From Eledone cirrhosa (Eukaryota), in the NCBI GenBank assembly GCA_964016885.1, contig OZ024740.1, forward strand, positions 322,152,001 to 322,216,000: a stretch of 64,000 nucleotides of DNA, in the 5' to 3' direction. How positions within the stretch are numbered: position 1 is the stretch's first letter; every line of letters begins with the position of its first letter. Under the pieces are notes generated by a model that was not told the DNA's origin, did not search any database, and saw only the letters and a list, made by a program, of their open reading frames with translations. Positions 57,231 to 64,000 of the stretch are shown piece by piece. A program made the translations under genes and the position numbers.

Positions 57231-59560
57231 TAGGTGTTCCAGAATCCCACATTTTACACAAAAGTGTTTTTTTCTTAACTCCCTATGCATTTTCTCATAC
57301 CATTTTGTATATTATCAATTTATAATTTAATTTTGATTATTTCAGACTAATTTAAGCCTTGCCTAATAGTTGCAAATTGGCAGAATAATGGCGGAAACCA
57401 GTGGGTCTAGTTGTAGCTACTCGCTCCATTGTGATGATTGAGAAATATGGCTCCTGGGGCAATATGTTACATCCTTTACACCAAACATAATACCAACAAA
57501 GGGGGATGTTCTAAGATATTTCTTCTACCTGAAAGATGGTCCTATGAAACACGAAAAGCATGTGAGCTTCAATGGTGCTATTGTGGATAGGCTTGTGATG
57601 AAAGTAGTTAGTCAGTCGGAAAAAGCTGGTGTGGCGACTCAACGAAAAGACAAAGTGAAACTGAAAATTATGAACATGTACAGTGAATACAGAAATTTAC
57701 AAAAAAACAAATGTTCTAAGTCAAACAAAGAAAAGGAAGCACTATTTATTTCTGAATTGGATTCGTATTTCTACATTGCATTTACTGATGCTGAAAAGAA
57801 AATTTTCTTCGTAATAATGAAGATGCTACATTTCTCGAAGCCCTGCATTACCAGAAAAAAGTATCTCTGGGTGCTGAAGACAAGCGTGATCAGGTTTCTG
57901 TGGCTCGTCGAGAGTCAGAGAACCATAGAAAGTGTTTGTCAGGATCTGTAGCAGTACAACTTCCATGTAATGAACTGAATGGTTCAAGTTGAACCAATGA
58001 TGAAACTGAAGATGAACAGGATCCTGAATTTCAGGCCTCAAACCCACCCAGAGACAGCTCAAAGTCAGACAAAAAACGAAAAGTCCAGCTGGAACTCCCA
58101 AAGAATCCATTTCAAAGTCCAAAAATTTCTCTAATGGCTGATCATTTAAACCTGACACTGGGCCTGAGAACAGCATTTATGACATCGATTATTTCTGAGC
58201 GTGGGACTGACATAGACGCCACAACTCTCTTCAAGATATAGTAGCAGACGTGCAGCTAAGAAGATCAGAACTGTCGGGGCTGAACACATAAAGGAACAAT
58301 TTGCTGTACCAGACTTTGTTACCTTGCATTGGGATGGCAAAATAATTCCTGGTGACCACGAGGGGCTAGGTGTGCTAGTTGCTGGAACGCCGGACTTCAG
58401 AGAAGGTAAACTCTTTGGTGTTCCCATAATTCCTGATGGCACTGGAACCACCCAAGCCAAAGCATTATTTGATCTTGTTAAAGACTGGAATGTTGATGGG
58501 TCTGTGGTGGGCTTGGTCTTCGACACAACTGCTTCGAATTCTGGATGGAAAAATGGTATCTGTGTGAAACTAGAAGAGATGCTCAACAAAAAGGTGTTTT
58601 ATGGAGCGTATCTTGTGTGCAGTGTGGCAACAACTATTCGGAACAATGTCCAGTCCAGGCACCCCAGAGTTCAAGGAGTTCAAAAAAGATTGGGTGTCAC
58701 TCACGGACAAGACCAACTTTGAAACATTGAACATTGTTGACCGGAGACTCAAGCGTCTGTGTTCTGAGAACATCAAGTTCCTCCAAGATTTGCTGACATT
58801 CGACGATGGGAAAATAAGTTCTCTTCCACGAGATGACTACCGAGAATGTGCCGAGTTGATGTTGATCTTGCTTAGTGTCACCCCTCCTCGTGGAATTCAT
58901 TGGATGCTGCCTGGTGCACATCATAACACTCGGTGGATGTCCACAATCATTTATAGTGTAAAGATGTATGCATTTGGTGAGCGACTCAATTACGATCAAG
59001 CTAAAATGGAAAAGTTGCGCCGGATCTGTATGTTCAATGCTCTGATCTACATGCGATACTGGCTGACAGCAGTCAAGTGTGCTGATGCACCATCCAATGA
59101 CCTTCAATTCTACGTGGAGTTGACACAGTACTGTAAGGTTGACAGAGATCTCTCGCAGGCAGCCACTACTGCTCTGAGCAGGCATCTTTGGTACCTGACG
59201 GAGGAAGCCATTCCACTAGCGCTGTTTTCAAGTCAGGTCCAAGAATCCAAAAGAAACAAATAGCCCAACGTCTTGTCAAAACGAAAACGTCTGGGCCTCT
59301 CGACCGTGGTGCTCCAGTATTTCCCGAGTTGAAGTCGTCCATGAAGCTGCCTCATCTAGTTGGGAAGAAATCAAGGCTTCTGTTCGATCTCCTTGGTCTC
59401 GACGATACTTGGCTTGAGCTGTCACCTGCAACTTGGTCATCACAAGCGTCATATCAAAATGCCTGTGCTGTTGTTCACAATATCAAGGTAGTCAATGATC
59501 TGGCGGAGAGAGCAGTCAAGTTGATAACTGATTTTGTTGCCATCACCAAGAATGAGGAGG
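57231..59560 (+). mobile_element. Decayed hAT-superfamily (hATm-like) DNA transposon, right end missing
   Basis: Starts TAGGTGTTCC. Broken frames give IPTKGDVLRYFF, LHWDGK, GLVFDTTASNSG, PRDDYRE, PGAHHNTRWM, RHLWYLTEE and KVVNDLAERAVKL. Stops and frameshifts are present, and the CxxH motif is deleted near 58610. Subfamily label is from recall. Confidence 0.8.
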
Positions 59561-60000
59561 AGAAGGAACTACAGAGGCACAAAACTAATATACCAAGTTA
59601 TGAAAGTAACAAAAGAACTTTTAGCACAACTAATTAGAGAAAAACCCAAATTAAATGAATTTCAGTTTGATTTTGTACCAGGGAGGAGGACCACAGATGC
59701 CCTCTTAATAGTGAGGCAACTACAAGAGAAGTTCCTTGCTAAGTGTAGATCACTGTGTGCAGCTTTTGTTGATCTGGAGAAGGCTTTTAAAAGAGTACCA
59801 TGATCTGTCATCTTGTGGCCCTTAAGAAAACTAGGTGTAGAAGAATGGCTTGTGAGAGCAGTGCAACCCATAGACAGAGAATCTGCCTGTAAAATTGAGA
59901 GTAGGTAATGAATTTAGTGAGAAATTCAATGTGCAGGTAGGTGTTCATCTGGGCTGTCTTCAGCCTACTTGTTTATTGTAGTTCTCAAGACCATAACAGA
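59560..60000 (+). mobile_element. RTE-type LINE RT fragment fused to the transposase end
   Basis: NYRGTKLI..QFDFVPGRRTTDALLIVRQLQEKFLAK..AFVDLEKAFKRVP. Confidence 0.85.
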
Positions 60001-60099
60001 AGATGGCAAACTGATAGGCAAATGAGACAGGCCTGGAAAGTCTGGAAAAAATAGAGTAACTAAGAGTAATACCTAATATCTGAAAGAGATGTTGGGAGA

Positions 60100-61870
60100 G
60101 ATATATACTTAGCAAGAAGAGAAGCAGAAAAGAATACATTTGCACATGTTCTAAGTCATAATGATGAGCGTATGAAGTGTTCCAAATTGTTAGACAGTAT
60201 GTTAGAGAAAATTGAGATGTGGTTGGTGAAATGTGTGTCTAAAATGATAGTGAAGCACATATCTTGACTGATGTCAAAAAAGAAAGAGGCATAGAAGGCT
60301 TATTACAAGAGAATGCTGAACAAAGAGTATAAATGGGACAGCGAGGACCTACCTCTTGCAGACCCAGCTGAGGGACCAGTAATAAAAGTTGATATCAGTG
60401 TAAAAGATAAAGCATTTAAGGATATAAAGGTAGGGAAGACGGGTACACCATCTGGTGTAATTGTTGAGATGTTAAAAACATCTTGCACATAATTAAGTAG
60501 TACAAGATAGCATCATACCCAATGACTGGCACAGGAGCATTGTAAACTACTAGAAAGGCAAAGGAGATGGATAAGAGGGAGGTAACTACAGAAACATCAA
60601 GTTAATGAACCAGGTCATGAAACTTACTAAATGGTACAACTGATTAAAGACAGAATCAATCTAGATGAGATACAGTTTGGTTTTATGCTAAGTAGGGATA
60701 CTACCAATGTACTCTTCCATGTGAGAGAACTACAAGAGAAGTACTTGACTAAGAGTAATACTCAGTACCTGGCATTCATAAATTTGAAGAAGGCCTTCAA
60801 CAGAGTCCCCCTTCTGTGATTGGGTGGACACTAAGGAAATTAGGTGTAGAAATACTACCAGCAAGATGAAAGTTGGCAATGAGTAGGATTGAGGAATTTG
60901 AGATGCAAGTGGGAGTCCACTAGGGCTTGGTCCTCAGTCCATTTCCGTTTATCATTGTACTTCAGGCCATAATTGATGAGTTTAAGACTGACACTCCATG
61001 GGAACAGCTGTATGCAGATGACCTAGTCCTTATAGCTGAATCCGTGGGAGAGTTAAAGTGAAAATTAGAAGAAAAATCTAGAATTGAAAGGCCTATAAGT
61101 AAACTTAGCAAAAACCAAAGTCTTAATAAGTAGGAAAGAGGACAGGAAGATGATGCCATCAGAGAAGTGGCCTTGCTCAATATGCTGGAAAGGGGTTGGC
61201 AGAAATTCCACAAGGGTCACACACTGTAACCTATGGACACATGAGATATAGTGGAATTTCAGGCAAGTTAATGGAGAAGATAGACTTTATATGCAGTAGA
61301 TGTATGGGAGAAGTAAGATCTAAGAGCACATATGATATAGGTTTCCTCAATTTCAAGGGAGGTTCCCTAGAAGCTGTTGGCAGTTTTAGTTGCCTATGTG
61401 ACCTAATCAATAGTGAGAGAGGACAATCTGACAGTATAATAGCCAGAGTATGAAAAGGCTGGGCAAAGCTTAGGAGGCTGGTATCTCTGCTGTCAACAAA
61501 GGGCTTCTATCTCAGTGTGAAGGGTAGACTGTATGATGACTGTGAACTGCAATGCTGCATAGCAGTGAGACATGGGTCTTGAGTGCAGAAGACCTGCAAA
61601 GGCTAAAAAGGAAGCAAGTATATTCCAATGGATGTATAATATTAGTGTGCATGAACAATGTAGCAATAGCAAGCTGAGAAAAAAATTAGTATAAGAAAAA
61701 TTGGATGTAGTGTACAAAGAACATGTAATGCGTAAGGAAGATGACAGCTGTATAAAGAAGTCTGGAGAAATCTCAGTGGGTGGGACTTGCAGAAGAGGTA
61801 ACGAAGATCAACCTTATGAAGCTGAACTTCACGGCAGAGATGACAAAGGACGATGAGGATTGGCAACTTA
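60100..61870 (+). mobile_element. Decayed RTE-type LINE (RT domain and C-terminus)
   Basis: QFGFMLSRDTTNVLFHVRELQEKYL..AFINLKKAFNRVP; PWEQLYADDLVLIAES; Cys-rich segment; many stops. Confidence 0.88.
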
Positions 61871-63799
61871 TGATACCAGAGAAGACTTACCTACCAACAT
61901 TAAAGATATGACCTGGCCTATTCATGTTCCCTTCTACTATCACTCCTTAGTAGCTGCTACCATCATTGTACACCCATGCTACCAGAGGTTACCCTCTCCC
62001 TTCATAATCATCACTCTGTCAAATCTCCCCACACCTGACATACACCCATAACATTATACTTATCCCCCTTCTTAACATCCAACCCTCTCTAAGGTAAAGA
62101 GGGCTCATCTGTTGAGTTAATAAACAACAACCACTCTAGTGCAGGTGCCACAAAAAATGCACCTCGGGTGGTTTGGCAGTAGTAAGAGCATTATACAGTA
62201 GAAACGATGCCAAAAATGGTCGATAGGAGTCCTTAGCTGTGTCAAGGGAACATCAACCTTTCAAGTGTTGGTGATTCACACGATAAACACACTCAGTATA
62301 CTCTGTAAAGTGGTTGGTGTTAGGAAGAGCATCCAGTATTAGGAAACCTGCCAAAGTGTCAGTAGAACTCTTCAACTGCATCAAAGACATAACAACCACC
62401 CTAGTGTAGATGCCACGATAGAATGTAGTCGGTAAAGCACAGGAATGTAGGCAAGCGAGATAGATGTGGGGCCCTGGTATGTTGGAGCACTCAGTAGAGT
62501 TCAGGAACGTATTTGGTAAACAGGCTTCCAGATCATCTAAGACGTCAGTAGTTAGAATACTGACTTGGTCAGTGACGGCTCGTCTAACCCATGCTAGCTT
62601 CCAAACAGGGAAAATGATGATGATGATGATGACGATTATATATATATGTATATTAGAAAGAGTCATGGCCCGACTCTTTCTAATATAGCCATACACTACT
62701 ATCCCAAATATCGAGTACTCTGTTGAGTAATTATTTTAAAACTGGGTCTAACCTGATGGGTGTGTGTGTGTGTGTGTGTGTGTGCGTGCAGAATAAGTTC
62801 GATCATTCAGTATCTGTAAATATGAGGTAGTATTTAAGTCAGTAATCTAGTAATCAAGTAATTTTAACATTAAAAAAACAACATTTATTAATTATTTAAC
62901 TATATAAAACGAATTTTGTTAACGAAATAAAAAATTGTCTTATGGAAGATACAGTAACATCAGAGTTACCTCCCTTGCACAGATTGCTTATTCCCTCGCC
63001 TATTTCTTTATTTATTAATCTCATTTCCTCTTTATCTGTTATTTTCTCTCCTTCTCTCCATTTTTATATTTTCACATTTCAATTTCTCTCTCCTACTTTC
63101 GTTATCTCGGAAATAATTTTGATTAAATTTTGTCAACATTTTTTGGTTCATAATTAAGGTGTCTAGAATTATGATTTAAAACGTCTTGTTAAATACTGGC
63201 ATAAAATACAACCACCCGTGGTAATGCTGCGAGCGTGTTGGCTTGCCTCAAAATATTCTGTTGACCCTTGTGATGTGCGGCTGATTGTCGCACTTAGTGA
63301 TGAATTGATGGTCGAATTCTTCTTTTTTTCTTTCTCTCGCTTTAGTCAAATATTTGTACGTCATATTTGTGAGGTTCCTAGTCATAATTAATTGTATTTA
63401 TTATATGTTTATATTTGTGTTTATATGTTCATTCTGAAAGAATTGTGAACAAATTCAACTGCGAATAAAATTTACACAAGAGATTTTTTAAAAATACAAA
63501 TATATAGATCAACGTAATCTCGTTTCTATTTGCCTGACTTACAATGTGACATTCAACAAGTCTTTAGTAATAATTATGCATGTATATATATATGTGTGTG
63601 TGTAAATAGATTTTTCCCTGTGTATTCGTTGGTGTTATTCTCTGTCCGATTTCAGCACGCTCTCTACGCATTAATACTTGCCACTGAAAAATAAAACCGA
63701 ATTCTTCCCGTTTCTCATCGAGTATTGACCCGGCCGTTCTAAAATTAGCGACTCGTGTTACATTTGGACAATGATGATCACGATAAATTCCTATTATAT

Positions 63800-63834
<35 letters not shown>

Positions 63835-64000
63835 GAAAGTTAAAGATACCCGGGGAGAATGTGGATTGTTATTCAGTAAAGGAATATGTCTTTCTCATGT
63901 TTTGTCGGTGGAGAGAAATGCGATATATTTGTAAAATCTATCGTAAAATTTAGAATGAAGAAAATTAGCTACAGTAATTTTTAATGAGAAAATGTTATAA

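Larger units (their letters stand above)
56283..57232 (-). mobile_element. Tandem 536-bp repeat (~1.77 units); candidate retrozyme or Penelope-type pseudo-LTR
   Basis: 56283-56696 is repeated at 56819-57232, and I see three substitutions. Each copy contains a hammerhead core. The duplication is certain; the class is inferred. Confidence 0.65.

Overview
AT-rich, CpG-depleted, repeat-dominated eukaryotic DNA. The SINE, RTE/CR1 and microsatellite content resembles a coleoid cephalopod such as Octopus (inference, not proven). The only host gene I can support is the 3' half of a + strand UBASH3/STS-family gene: six exons between 1280 and 22024 that encode an intact histidine-phosphatase domain. 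One exon is cut by a 200-N gap. Nearly all long ORFs in the track are artefacts of mini- and microsatellites. The rest of the window is tRNA-derived SINEs, decayed CR1 and RTE LINEs, a mariner relic, TTAA/piggyBac-type MITEs and a broken hAT-like transposase. The most interesting signal is a near-identical ~1.77-mer of a 536-bp unit (56283-57232). Each copy carries a complete type-I hammerhead ribozyme core on the minus strand, the architecture expected of a retrozyme or Penelope-mobilised circular RNA. Several fold-back elements next to AT microsatellites carry related, decayed hammerhead cores. All RNA structures were folded by eye and are untested.
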